Under the pieces are notes generated by a model that was not told where the DNA came from, made no database searches, and saw only the letters and a list, made by a program, of their open reading frames with translations. Below, piece by piece: positions 46,780-60,038 of a DNA stretch of 64,000 nt. The stretch's first letter is position 1. Every line of letters starts with the position of its first letter. The stretch comes from Raillietiella orientalis. Taxonomy: Eukaryota. Position numbers and translations under genes: made by a program. The stretch lies in the NCBI GenBank assembly GCA_036172245.1, contig JAYWIR010000025.1:2666001-2730000 (forward strand). The letters run 5' to 3'.

Positions 46780-49400
46780 AGAGGAGGAAGGGGCTGGGAA
46801 CGCTAGAGGGAGCCCCTCCCTCTCCATCCTCTCATTCCCTGCTTCCTGCTTTTCGCTCTGACGGGAGAGCAGCTCTCCGCTCAGTCAGAAGAGGGGGAGG
46901 GAAGGATCCCCTCCCCCTCCTCTGGTCTCGCTCGCCTTCCGGGAACTTTCCGGGGTGTCCCGGATGGCTCGTTGGTCCCATCCCTTCCTGGGATGGAAAC
47001 GAGTGAGCGACCCGGCTCGCGGCACGTGGCCCGAGTCACCGTCCCGCCCAGGTTGCCTACCGGGTGATGGGAGGTCCCGCCCTCGCCTTCGCTGCCAACT
47101 TCTTCCCTCCTCCCTTTCGCTGGAACCGCCCGACCCCTTTCCCCTCCCAGCTGCGCGGCGCGCGCTCTCGGGGATTCCCTCTCTTCCGCTCGACTCCCCG
47201 TGTGCCAGTGTTCCGCTCAGAGCAGACACGACCAGCCCCTCGCCCTGCGCTTCGACTTCAATGCCCCGGAGCTGCGGATGCAGATTTCCAGAGGCGGTGC
47301 GCCCCGGGGGGAAAGCAGGACGGAGGAGGAGAAGCGGGGGCCTCAGAGGATATGGCCGAGGTCACCGCCCTCGAGAGAGCGCGTGCCGGGTCGCGGGGCG
47401 ATCCCGAGGAGGGACTGGCGGATGCCTCCTGCGGGCTTCCCCCAAGAAAGGGAGAGCAGAGGGCAAGACGCCGCTGATGTTGGCTGCTTCGACCTCAGCC
47501 ACAAGAAGGCTGCCGTGTGCAAGCAGGAACGCTGCTGCCCCCTCGGGTCTTGGAGAGGCCATCGGTCTCTGTAAGGACCCCGAGCACTCGCCCCCCGATT
47601 GTCGAGGCTCCTTGGATTTGCCAACGGCGACAACAACGCCACATCTTCGACGAGCGGAGACGCTCGTCGAAGAGATCCTCCAGGAGATCCCCCCTCCCTC
47701 GATCTCCATTTGGGAGGAAGGAGGATCAGGGTGCTCAGGGGCCCGAGTGAGGGGTAGTGGCGGGAAGACGCCTCATCTCTTGGGATGGCACCCCTGGTCG
47801 CAGCTGACTCCCTCTGAAAGACCTGCGAGTCTCGGTCTCCCTTCCTTGTTCCTTTCTGCGAGGATCTGCAGGTCCTTCCTTCATCATGGTCGCCTTTCGC
47901 TCTTCCCCCATTCCTTCACCAGCTGCCTTCACGATCCCCAGAAAGGTCACCGGACCCTTCTGGAATGGGACGCGGACGAACTGGACCCCTTCCTCTTCCT
48001 CCTACCTTCCCCCTCCCGTAGTTCGTGGGTCGTGACCCCCACGAGCCGCCGGCCCCTGACGAGCGACGGGCGACGAGTTCTGTGGAGGGGACAGGACGAC
48101 GAGCGGCGGGGATGCACGCGCCGGTGACGTACTTCCCTAAAGATAGCCCCCCTTCCCGGCGCAGGCGGCTGGCGCAAGCAAACACGCCGCTCATCGAGTT
48201 TCGCACCCCCTTCCCTCTACCACCTGCCGGGCTCTCTCTACGAGGGGGCTGGGCCCTCCAGGGCCACTCATGTCACGTCTCGGGGCCGCCCCGGAATGGG
48301 TGATCAGTTCCAGATGCGAGTTGCTGAGGGGAACCTTTGAGACTCTCCTCCCTCCCCCCCACCCTCCCGTCTCCCTGCGGACAGGTGGTTCGAGACGACT
48401 CCGCAGAGTGAGGCAGGTCTTGATGATCCGCGCGCTTGTCCGTCTCCACTCCCAAGAGCACTGCTGACGAGCACGGCCCGAGGAGGGAATCGCTTTTCGC
48501 AGCAGGGAATCCTGGAGCCAGCGCACCCCAGTCGCTACTCAAGGGGGGCTGCGGTCTGGACTGTTTCGCAGATTCTCGGCAGGGAGATTCCCCCCCTCGG
48601 AAGGTCGCCTCCCCCTGCAGGACCTCTTCAGGGGGACACCAAGCATCCGGGGAAGGGGGGTGGGGTCGAAGGCCCTCCGTCGCGCCGCCGGTCGCTAGCC
48701 CGTCTCTCGCTTCCCTGCACGGCACTGTCGGTTTCCCTCCCAACTGCCAGGACTAACCCGCCACGTGAGCCGCGGCCCGACGCCAAAGGAATCTTCCGGC
48801 TTGGGGGCGGATGCCCGGAGGAGGTGCCACCTCTTCCTCTTGCGTCGGGAGTTGGGCTAGGAGGAAGGAAGTGCCGGACTGCTTGGTGCACCAGTGACTT
48901 CTGCTCTTCTGCCCGTTTGGACCACCTGCGCAGAGTTTTCTCTGCTGTCTCTTCAACCTGCCCCCGTCACGGCGGCGGTGGTCACGCCGGCTCCGTTTCT
49001 TCAAGCCATAGTTGCCCGACCTCCTCGTCACGAAAGCAACGTCCTTTCCCAAAGGCAAAGGAGTCTCCCGGGAAACCGTGGCAGGTGGCAACCGTGGAGG
49101 ACTGGTTCCAGGGGAAATCCGAGCCGGCTCTCGGAAAGCTGAGGAAGCTCGGAGGAGTTTCCTGCTCGCGCCGCTGCTTCCTTCTTCCCTGTTGGGCCGC
49201 TTACGGGAGGAATCTCTTGAGGAGGAACGCGCCTCCTCGTCACGCTTTCTTGAGTTCGAAGTGTAGGGAACGCTCGTGACAGCTGGCGGATCTTAGCCGC
49301 CGCTTTCGGGATGTTTCCGGTTCCCCTTCCCCCAGCGGTGTCCTCCCCCCCCCTCCCTCGCACGTCTTCGAGCCACGCGACGGGATTCGAAATCGGTTTC
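46780..49400 (+). mobile_element. Ty3/gypsy pol relic (RT-RNase H-integrase, canonical order)
   Basis: Ordered: SPSSHSLLPAFRSDG (~SPWASPLHMVxKKDG), FPPPFRWNRPTPF..RGFP, LRRAETL, SQLTPSER (~KLTPAER), CRSFLHHGR (~FRHFLEGR), LRGTFETLLPPPHPPV (~RRxVFDxLHxLSHPG), HC*RAR, VAPPVASPSLA..VGFP, WTTCAEFSLLSLQPA..TPAPFL (~WxxxLPLVLLGLRTA..SPAELV). Confidence 0.8.
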
Positions 49401-51779
49401 ATTGCACCGAGGCGGTCCGAGAGCATCCCTCGCGTGAAATGATCAATTCGTTCCCAGAGAGCTCTTTTTATTCTGTGGGACTCTGTATTTTTATCTTCCT
49501 GCTCTTCTTTCCTTTCTTTCCTTTTCTTCGCGTTTCTTTCTTTCCTTTTCTTTTTTTCGAACATGAGAGCAGTTGTCTCCGAAGTCTAGAAATCGGCAGA
49601 CTTTTTTTCCTGATTTATCACGGAAGACGACGACTGGGGCTCTTCTTGCTTTCATGTCAGTAGCCACCCATCTACGACGTGCTGTTTCGTTTCAGAACGT
49701 TCTTTCAAGTCGCCCCTGCAGAAAACTGGCAGAGATTCCTTTCTTTGCTAAAGGCTTATCGTGATCTGCGAGTAAAAGGGCGAAGATCGGAAACAACCGA
49801 AAACAAGACCCAAAGGAGAAGAAAAGAAAAAGGAAAGAAGGAAAAAAGAAAAGAGAGAGGGAGAGAGAGAGAAAAAATCAATAATATGTCATAAATTTCC
49901 CTCCAAATTTTGAATTATGCTCCCTGTTGAGAAAACCCATAAAGAAATTTCAGTGTTTCAAAACGAAAGTAAATACACGATAAATATTTTTCTTCTTGAA
50001 ATTGTCTTTCATTCGTTCTCATTTGTTGTTGCGCGTAAACGGTGCTGGCGCGGAGCATAATAAATGAAGACAGATTACGAGAAGAAGAAAAAAAAATCAG
50101 CCCGAGTGGCTCGGATGCTGAATCAAATGAACGCAGAGGAAGGGGAAGAGTAAATAAATGAACGAGAGAGTTTCTTTATCAAGATAGGACGGCGAGTGCA
50201 CCTCGCGCAAGGGGGTGCACGTGTACGGCACTCACCGCCGCGGTGCACCATCGCATGGGGGGGCGGCGGCAGCAGTGGGGTGCACCATCCTTTCGCGGTG
50301 CGCGCGCACCACTCCATGCGCCCTCCTGGCGTGCGTTTGCTGAGCACCGTTTACCTTGGACGGACGGGCAGAAGCTGCAGGATGATGCCCTTCTGTGTAT
50401 CATGGACACGGCGACGCACGCACGTGCGTGGATCTGCTTTCGTGATCGCTATCGTCATTTGCGACGTGAATAGATGGAGGGGGGGGGGGGACCGAGGCTG
50501 AGCAGCCATGGTAACACCACCGCCACGCTTGCACGTTGCAATCTATTTTCGTGAATACGCATTCACGGGCGTTCGAAAAGGATTGCAAATTTGCAGTTTG
50601 TTTGAAAGGAACATTCCAGACTGTTTACCTGCTTTGATTCAGAAAGCCACTGAGGACTGATTCCCGGTTGGAGTTTCCCATGCACCCAAAAGCTGCTTCG
50701 AGTTCTTCATCCAGGTAAATAAGATCACATGCTGCAAGTATCTTTCAACACGAATCGCGTTGGGAACACTGTCAAGGTAATTTATAAGGCCTACGACGGC
50801 GCGATGCGAGAACGAGAAAAGGAGGAGGGGGAAGAAAAAAAAAGGGAACGGGGGTGGAAAGCGGGAAAAAAAAAAAAAAAACGCACATCGGGATGAGCAC
50901 CGCCATTGTTGCCTGTGCCGTCGGGCCCTCGGTTTTCCCGGCCGCTGGCAGCAGCGGGACGGGCAGCTCGCGAGCGCTCTTCCCCCGAGTGGGGGTTCGC
51001 AAAAGGACGGGATGAGCGCAGGAGCGATTCCTCCCGCTCCCGAAATCGATTTTCAAGTTTTTCGGGTTTATTTATAGGCGAGTCGATTATCTGGCTACAT
51101 TTTACAGGGAGTCTGGAATCTCGTGCCGCAGCCACGGCGTGCCTTCCAGAAAGCGAGGTGTCCGCTGAAAGCGAGTCGGGAACGGGAGCGGGGCGAGAAG
51201 TCCCCCCGGGAATCTCGGAGGGGCGCCGCGTGCTTCTGAGAGCGTGCGGCGCCCCTGCGTTTCCCCAGGCGTTTCCGAATGGGGACGGGCGGACCTCTTT
51301 CGCCGCGGCCCTGCCTGCCTCGCCTTCCGCGCCCGCGTCGCGCGCGTTTCGTTCCGCGCGCACTCGGCAGCCGGGAGGCGGCGCGCGCGCGAAGAGGCAG
51401 CCGCGGCGGCGGCACCTCACGAAGCTTTTCCCTTCTGCTGCTTGACGGCTCAAAATAAACACGTAAATGGGGGACAGGAGGGGGGGAGGGGGGAAGAAGA
51501 AGAAGAAGAAGGAAAAAAATCTCCGGCAGTTCACGGATGAAGATGCTCGTCTGAACATGAGTATCCCATCCATTGCGTCATCTGCGTTCCACCGTTCAGG
51601 TGATGACGCCGGCAGTAGGCGGGAGAGAAGGGGATGAAAGACCAAATTTTTTTTCCACCACCCCCTCGGTCCTCTCTCTGTCCGGCTGGGCCTTTGGACG
51701 GACCTCGTTGCCGTCGTGGGCTGCCGCGTCTCCTCCGTCTCCCGAGAAGCAGAATCGCGTCCTGGGGGCAGACGGCGTG

Positions 51780-54700
51780 GGCGCGCAGGAAGCTTCAGAG
51801 AGGAGGAGGGAAAAGGAGGTGGGGAAGGAAGAGGCCTGTCGAGAGCGCACCGCGCTCCCGAAGGTACCACCGTTGGTGGACCAGGAGGAGGTCCTCCGCA
51901 CTGGTTCCCCGGCGCGTCCGCCAGTCGAGGACGGGGGGGCGCGCGCTCTCCCGTGGTCGCCTCAAGTGTGCGCGGCTCGGCCCGTCGGTCGGAGGAGACA
52001 CTCTGCGTCCCTCTCCCTCCCTCCGACTTTTCTCGCTCCTCCTAAGGAGAGCAGAAAGGGAGGGAGGGAGGGGAAGGCAGCCCGGAGGCGCCGCCGCCAC
52101 CGACTGTCCTCCTCGCGGTCGCAGTCCCCCCCCCTCCCTTCTGGTCTCCCGAGGCGTCGTCGTCGCCGGGCATCGCGGAGTTCGGGGCGCTTCGCGCCCT
52201 TCGGGAGGGAGGGAGAGGAAGGAGGGAACAAGTGGTTCGTCGCCGTCGCCCGCTCCAGGTGTCCCGCAGATGTGCGCGCGCGTTCCCTATCCCGGCCGCC
52301 TCCGGGATAGCTCACGGAGGGGATTCCAGGCGGGTAACGAGTCAGGGAGTGATGCCTCGCCGCGGATCCTAGCGGTCTTTTCGTTCGGGAAGAAAGGGGG
52401 AGGAGGAGAAGAGACCGCGCGGGACCCGAGGGGGGCGAGTTGCCTGACGGATCGAAGAAGAGAGGAGAAGCGTACGATTGTCCTCCTCCCCATCCCCAGC
52501 ATGTTGGGGAAGGGGGGAGGCAGGGGCGTACATAAAGTGAGGCCGGAGCGCGCGCGCGCGCGCGCACCAGCTGCGAGGGCAGGACGCGTCCGTCCACAAA
52601 TCACCGTGGAAACGCGGCTTCCGGAGGACACGTGGCTGTCAAGGAGACCGGAAGAAGCGCTACCCGAGATAAAGTTTCAGCAGCCGATACGCATCTCCTC
52701 CTTGTTGGGATGCGCGCGGCGGTCCCGAGGGGTAGCAGGGAGGAGCTCGGGCTCTCGGTCGCCCCGGGAAACGAAGGGCGGACGGCGGAAGGGGAGAGCA
52801 GGGCGAGGGAGAACGTTAAGAAAGGAGGAGGGCACCCCAGGACGGGATGCGGAGGCGGGGGAGGAGGAGAGACAACAATTTTTCCCGTTTGGGCGCTCGT
52901 GGGAAGGAACAGGAAGAAACTGGCGCTGCCCTCCGCGTGCGGGACTGGCAGCTTGCTCAGCTGCTGCTGGGGACCCTGACCTCCCTCGCGCATGAAGAGG
53001 CAAGTGGAGGGCAAAGCACGTGATCAAGCGCGGGCGAGGAAAAGAGGGACGGGGGGGGGAGCGTCTGACCTCTCCTGGAGTGCACGCGCTCTCCTTCCCA
53101 CCCCCCCACGGAAGCGGAGAAGGCAGATCCCCCCCCCCCACGCGTGTCCTCGCACGCCGACTGACTGCTGCTTCTCCTGCGACGACGGCGTTTAACCTCG
53201 TGCCCAAAGGCACCCTCTCGTCGTCCCTTCTGAAGGCGCCAGAGGCGAGGTGCGGCTTTCCCTCGGCGTCGTCTTGCTCCATCCCCTTCCCTTTCCGGAA
53301 GAGAGGCAAGACCGGGAAGGGGGAGGAGGGTGAGTGGGTGGAAGACAAGGATGCTGGGAGTCTCCTCCCGCCTGCCACCGAAGACGGCAGCCGGGAGGAG
53401 GCTGAGGGACGTCTTCGGCGGCGGCGACCCCGGCGGGAAGAGCGGCAGAGGCGGGGAGGAAGGGGACAAGGGGAACAGGGGAGAGGGAGAAGAGTCTCCA
53501 GGGCGATGGGCGCAGGCTGCCGCCGCCTTCCTCCGGCGGCAACGCTGGCAGTGCCGTTCCATCCTTCCACCCCCTTGGTCCCGGGGGACCAGTGCATCCC
53601 CGTGGTCTCCTGAAAGCTCTGCGCTTGCGCGCGCGCTCCCGGTCGGAGTGCACCTAGCTGTGCCCGCCACGTGACCACAGGGGCGGGCAGGCGTCCACCG
53701 GAGCGGACGTGAGGGACGCCGGACTGGAAACCAAGCGAGCTGATGAGGAGGGGTGGCGACTGCGGCGCACCCTACCCTTTCTCGTCTTCGTGCCCGCGGG
53801 AGCGGTCCTTCTCCCTGCACGAATGGAGCCGGGAGGAGGGGAGAGGAGAAAGGATCCCTCTCGAGACTGCCAGGCAGCCGACTGGATCCACGACCGCGTC
53901 TCTTGCTGCGACTGCTGCTGGCATGGAAGGGAAAAGCGAAGACGCGGGGTGGCTGTCGCTCTCGGGAGGGTCGAAGAGCCATTCCTCCTCTTCTCCATCC
54001 GTCATCCTCCCCTCGTCCCGGATTTCTCCTCTCCCTTCTCTTCCTTTTCCCTTTTCGTGACCGGGGAACGTGCAGATTCATCTGGGCACCTTCCGTTCCG
54101 CTTTTTTCTGGGCGATGCCGCCACCCTTCGTCGTCTCGCCATGGAGCAGGAAGCTGACGAAATTGCGAAGCTGCCGGTTCTTCCCTTTTTTTGGTTCGAA
54201 GATGACCGGAGCAACCCCTCCGACTGCCATCCTCCGCCCCGGCAGAGCCACGCGCTACTCGCGTCGCCACCGTCTCCTTCCTTCTCGTCCTCCTCTTCGC
54301 CTTCGTTCCCGCCGGCGCCGTTTCTGATTGGCGGAACTCGATCGCGGGACCCCCCGCGTAAGGCGATTCGTTTTCACCTGCCGAACGACGCTGGAAACCC
54401 CTCAAACGACGCCAGGAGGGGGGAAATCATCGTCCCGACGATCCCCTTGGAGTTCATCCTCCTCAGGCAGGATGAACGCGTGAGGTCGCCGAAGCTCTTT
54501 CGCATGCTTTTCACGACCCGATGCGGATCGCACGTGGTCCACCTCGCGCGCCGGTGGGGATGCGGATCCGCACTTGATTTAGGGGCGTGCGGCGAATCAA
54601 AAAAGGAAAAGAAGGGGGAAGAAAGGGGAAGAAGAAGAGAGGGAAAGAGAGAAAGAGAGAGAGAGGATGCAACGGATCCCCTTTTTCCTCCGAGTGGTCT

Positions 54701-57200
54701 CCGGAGGTTCCGATTTCAGCTCTTTCGAAGATGGAGGAGGAACACGCGGACTCACCGACTTCCCCGCCGCCGCACGGGCGCGGGACGCTCCTTCCTCGTT
54801 CGTCGCTCAGGTCGGATTCGCGCGCAACTCGCACGGGTCCCCACAGGAACGCACGGTCCTCCCTTCCCGCATCGCCCATGCAAGCAAACCATCCGACGCC
54901 CAGCCGGATGCCACTTCCGGCAGAGGCTCTCTCTCCCCCCCTCTTGCTCGCTCGCTCGCTTCCGGTGCAGCAGCGGCAGCAGGCAGGAAGCGGCGCGCGC
55001 GCGCAAACCACAGTCCTTCCGAACGCACCCATCCCAGACCGCAGGTTCCTCTCGCTCCGCGCGCGGGGACAAGCCCGAAGGAGCTGCTGCGTCGCTCGTT
55101 TTTCACTCGGCCGTCGCGAGAGGAGAGCAATGGCGGCGGCGACCCCGGAGAGAAGGGAATCGTCGGTCGGAAGCCGCCGAGCCCGCAGGCGGTCGGGGAA
55201 GAGCGTTCCCGCCCTGGCGAAGAGCTCGTCTGACCCGACAAGCCTCGCGTGTTCCCAGGACCGCAGATCATCGTTCGACATAGACAGGCAGCAGGGATCG
55301 CGGGGAGGTGCTCTCCCAGCATCCTCCACAGCTCGAGGCGCGAGCGCTGCTCTCCTGAGAGCAGGTGGTGGTGGCGCCTGCTGTAGGAAAGCTGGCATCC
55401 CGCGACGACGACGACGGCGAAGCCGGGAGGGGGAGCAACGACTACCGGGCTCGCCCCTCATCCCGCGCGCACGCGCGTCCGAAGGAGTTCTCGCCTTCCG
55501 GCAGCGGGCGCATCGCCGAAATCCCGGCGGCGGCTCCGCTCATCCGCGACCCTCACGCCGACGCCGAAAGACTTCCCCCGCTCCGCGCTCATTCGTCTTC
55601 ACCGCCCGACTTGGCCTTCCAATCGGACGTGGGGCGGCGAGCGCTTCCTTCCCTTTCCCGCCAGCAACAATGGGCTCGGCGGCTCTCTGCTTCCTGGGCC
55701 AATAATGGGACCGGCTCTACTTTTAGGTCGGCCGGAAACCCGAGAACCGGCCGCCGCCTAGTGAAACCCGGCTGCCTTCGTTGCTCAATCTTTGGAGAGA
55801 CGGCGGCGGCGGCGGATCCTCCCCGCTCCCCGCTCGAGGCGGCTCTAGTGGTCGCAGGGGGGATGGGGAGGAAGGATTGCGAGGCGCGCGGCAAGGAACA
55901 TCGCGAAGCGAGCGCGGCGGCCCCCTTCTTTGTCGCTGCTGCGGAAGACCTCGGACAGCCGGTCCCTCCCGACAGTTTGCCACGCTCGTAAACTGTTTCT
56001 CCCTCGCACCCCCCCCCCTCCTTCCTCCTCACCCCCCCCCCCATCATTCTCCCGGCACGCGAAAAGGTAGCTCCAGCCCGGGGCTCGTAACTGGCTTCCG
56101 GCGCTCGTTTCGGGCGGCAGCCGCGCTCCCCATGGCAACCAACGGGGAAGGTCGCACGCGCGCGCCGTGCCGTTGTTCCTTCGGGGAGCTCCGGTCGGTG
56201 GAAAGGGGGGAGAGGGCCCCAGGCCCCTGGCACATGGGAGCCTCAGACCGGGAAAAAGCCACCCGCGCGCACGCGAAATCCGACCGGGATCACAGCCGGG
56301 CGTTCCCACGGCAGGCGGGAAGCGTGAGGGGCGTGTCGCCGGATTCCTCCTGTCGGGTGCGGTGCCGAGGGGAAAAAAAGGAAAGAGGGACGGCTCCAGA
56401 GCAACAACGTCGTCCTTGCTCCCCTCCCCCGCTTTCCCTTAACCCGCGCGCCGCTTCCCAGGAGGGGCGAAAGCGACCCTCCGCGTGGCGCGCGTGACCT
56501 TCGGGAGGAGGCGTAAGAGGAAGGTTGCCCTCCCCTCTCTTGCGAGGGAAGTGGCTGAAGCTCGTGGGTGCTCCCCAGCCACGCGGCCCATCTGCGGTCG
56601 GGACCCGCAGCTATCCGAGGGAGAGCAGGCTCGTAGGGTAGGTCCACCGACGGCTCCCGGACTCTGGGCTCGACTTCCTGGGCGGGAGTGCTGCTGCGTC
56701 CCAGGAAGCAGGACGCGCGGCGGTTACCACGGAAGAGGGCAGGGGATTGGCGTTGCTCCCTTCGCTGCAGATAAATCTTCTCGTTCGCGGGAACCGCGTC
56801 GCCTTCCCGCTACGGGCGCGGCGTCCGGAGGAGGAAGAGGGAGAGCACGTGACCCGCGGCTACGTCCCGTTCCAGGAGGAAGGAGCTCTAGCGCGAGACT
56901 GACCCGGAGAAGAAGGAGGAGGCCCGAGGTTCGCATGGCGGCGGGGCACGGAGAGGGAGCGTTCTTTCACCCTCCCCCCACCTTCCCCCGCCCCGGGCGT
57001 ACCCGGGTGGCAACCCCCACCTTCCCCTCATCCGCGTCCTGCCGGGAAAGCGGTGCTTCCCGGAGACAGGGAGTCGCTTGCGCTTCGCGTCCCGAACGCT
57101 TTCGTCCGCGTCGGGAGGATGCACCCAGCGCCGCCACGCCACCCTGAGAGCTGTCTTCCGGCTGCAGCCGCGCTCCCCATGGCAACCATCTGGGAACGCC
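51780..57200 (+). mobile_element. Ty3/gypsy relic with apparent Gmr1-like order gag-(PR)-IN-RT-RH
   Basis: gag: E/R-rich coil then PKVPPLVDQEEV..LPWSPQVCA (~51860). IN (53870-54560): RVSCCDCC..VEEPF, SSGH..DAAT..EADEIAK, FRMLFTTRCGSHVVHLARRW (~PFELxxGxxVRGPLxLLKExW). RT (56045-56640): SPG..GLVTGFRR..LPM, GPWHM..DREKA, TAPEQQRR, LAREVAEARG. RH (57081): FASRTLSSA. Confidence 0.68.
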
Positions 57201-57899
57201 GCTTCCGACGCGACGGAGAGGAACGGAGGGAGAGGAATGGGGTGGGTGGAGGATGAAGACGAAAGGCAGTTGGAGTGCTGTCCCGGAGGTGCTGCTTGTT
57301 CGCTCGTTGCTAAGGCAACCGGACCACATCCGTCCGCTCGAGCAGGGATGCAGAGGAAGACCGTATGTCCAAGTAGACCCTTCCTTTCCGCACACTCCAC
57401 CCACCCCTGCCGCCTTCCAGCAGCGCGGCATTCCCTTACCCCCCCCTCCACCCATCACCCCAGGGAATCTTCCTGCCCCTCGCTTTCTGGCGCTGGGGTA
57501 TGTGGGACTCGCTCTCCTCTTGGGCAGCATCCCAAGGAAACTGCCCGGTGCGCAGTCTACAGACAGCCCGGATGGAGTTTGGGGCGGGAAACGGAGGAGG
57601 GAAGGGGAACGGAAGCGGTCAAGCAGTTTCCCGCCTGCCTCGGCAACGTTGCCCTCCGCGAGGGCCCGAGCGCATACCACTGGGTCGCCCAGGTTCACCC
57701 CGTTTTTTCCGGGAGGGCGGGAAGATGATCTGCACTTACACCGGATCCACGACCGGAAAAAAAATTTCCTCCCGAACTTTTCCCTGGGCACCGCCTTTGG
57801 GGGACGATCCGGATGGATTTTCTCGTGGGAGCGTTCCCGGGCGCTCGGGGGAGGTCGCCGCCATCCTCCGGAGGAATGAGCGGCCCCCGCCTCCCTTCT

Positions 57900-59000
57900 C
57901 CGACGCGAGAGCACGGGTGGTGCAGCCTGCGACCGCAGAGCAGATCGTGGGGCCTCGCTCGCTCGAGCGGGAGGGAGGTGGTCGTGGGCGGTCTGGAGAG
58001 GAACACCAGGAGAGGGGAGGCTGAGAAACCGGGCGGTCTGACGATTGGGCCGCGCCTCCCGGCGGGGCAGCTTCCTCCCACGCTGCGCCACGAGACCTTC
58101 TCTCTGGAAGACCCGCGTCTCGCTCAAGGGAAGCGCAGGCGGCTCCGAGGATTGGGAGCAGGAGCGCTGCGCCGCTTCTAGGGAGCACCTCTGGAGCTCT
58201 CGTTTCCTGGCAACCTTCCAGCCATTGTGCTATTTCCGTCCCCCCATTATCTCTGAATTGCCTGAAGTCTCGGCCTCTACGTCACAATCGGTTTGCATTC
58301 CGCGTATTCGTTTGAATATTTCGTGTTTCACCGAGGCGCTCGCGTTCCAGCCGCGGCTCGCGCAGCCGAGAGCCGCGTCCCTCCTTCGTTCCGTTGCCGG
58401 GCGACCGTTGCGCGCACTTTGTCCCGCGCTTTTCGTTTCGCTGCCCCGATTGTTGCGGGCTTTGACGGTTCCCGTCGCAAAGGAAACGCTGCGCCTCTTC
58501 CAAAAGCGTAGGTTCCGCGAAATTCCCGAACGCTTCGGTTTCTCCCGTGCAAGTGAAGCTTCCCGTACCTTTCGGTCTCCCTGTCATCCGGCGTCCATGA
58601 TATACGGGTAATCCTCCGCGCGTATCCCTCAAACCGTTCCCATCTTTTTTTAGTGAGCGCGCAGGCACACACCGGCGGTGCAGCCGATTCTTTTGTTTCT
58701 GGATCGCGCGCTTCGCACTCGGTTTCCAGGTTTGCATACACAACAAAAGTACCGTACTCTTGCCCTGGATTGTACTGAATGCGTACGGAAAACTTATCCT
58801 TGGCCCCTGTTCTTTCTTTGACGTCCCTCAACGCGCTGTCTCCGTGTTTCTGTGACTTCAGCCTGATCTCCACCTCCACTCGACGAACCTTGGTCTTGAT
58901 GAACCGAAGCCGCCGGGTTGCTCGCGGTGCCTTTCTCTGTGTGTACCTTTCCCGCAGGAAAGGCCACTCAGATGTCTTGACTTTTTGCAGGCTAAATGCC
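57900..59000 (-). mobile_element. Ty3/gypsy integrase relic
   Basis: KSQKHGDSALRDV (~xxQxxDxxL), RRCVPARSLKK (~RLCVPxSLR), KCAQRSP, ETRVFQREG (~ExVFxRHG), GVPLQTAHDHLP (~GxxHxTTTAYHP). Confidence 0.5.
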
Positions 59001-59943
59001 AATGACAGCGCCTATCCGCAGACACCATCGTGCACCCGCGCTTCTGCTGCGTGTCTTCGTGTCTTGCGGAGTATCTGAAAAATTCCTTTTCATTCAGGGA
59101 ATGAAAAATCGCTACATATCGTCTGTGTGGAATCTTTCGTCTCCTTCACCTCCTTCTCCAGGAAGCGTGAAAGCTTTTGAGTCGCATCTAGAAAAGACAG
59201 ATAGATGCCCGGGAGGGGGGGGGGGGAGGGAGCTGTGTTTATTTGCACCCGTGTTTGGTGGTAACGAGAATTTTCAGGAGACGGGGACATTTTTTAAGGA
59301 AAATAAGAATCCGTCAGCAGGCTCGTTTTTAGTCATATGGCAAATGAAATGCACGTTCGTTCAAGATAAAGAAGGAGGGGAAGGACCTACGATTGCAACA
59401 GAGGAGGAGGTAACTACTCGGCAGAACGAGCTCTTCCTGAGTCAAAATGTAGGGGGGAAAAAAAAAAACACTCGAGAAACATTCTTATTGTTCTCATTCC
59501 ATTTAGCTCTTTTTTTTTTTTTGTGTGTGTACGTCCCCCGTATGAAAATAAAAGCCGAATAGGTGTGTTGAGGTCGCACTCGTACGGGTGGGCAGCGCAA
59601 ACATGTCCGCCAACTAAAGAAACTGAATTTCATCTCGCAGCCACATGACTCTTGTGCAGAGTGTAGATGTGACGCCGTCTTCGTAGTATTCCAATGTTCC
59701 TTTCCATCCTTGGTATCTTTTCCTGCCAGACATGTGTTCGGCATACGAGGAAGAGCTCGTGGTGTACATACCACCACGATCGTGTACGGCATTTCCTAGA
59801 ACTCCTTATGGTCCTCACAGCCTGCAGTTCGTGAACCCTGCGCGACCTGCCGTGATGACGACGAGCCGGAAATCTCCCAATTCGACTGTGCCTGATGGCT
59901 CCAGAGACATGGCATAAGCAGAGCCCGCTTTTACGTGCACAGT

Positions 59944-59947
59944 ACAT

Positions 59948-60035
<88 letters not shown>
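59944..60035. repeat. Compound microsatellite (CATA)n-(CA)n-(TA)n
   Basis: Read directly; the (TA)n part spans about 59979-60035. Confidence 0.98.

Positions 60036-60038
<3 letters not shown>

Noticed and set aside
56125..56140. RFX X-box regulatory site (ccatggcaac)
   Set aside because: Only a half-site, with no gene or promoter context.
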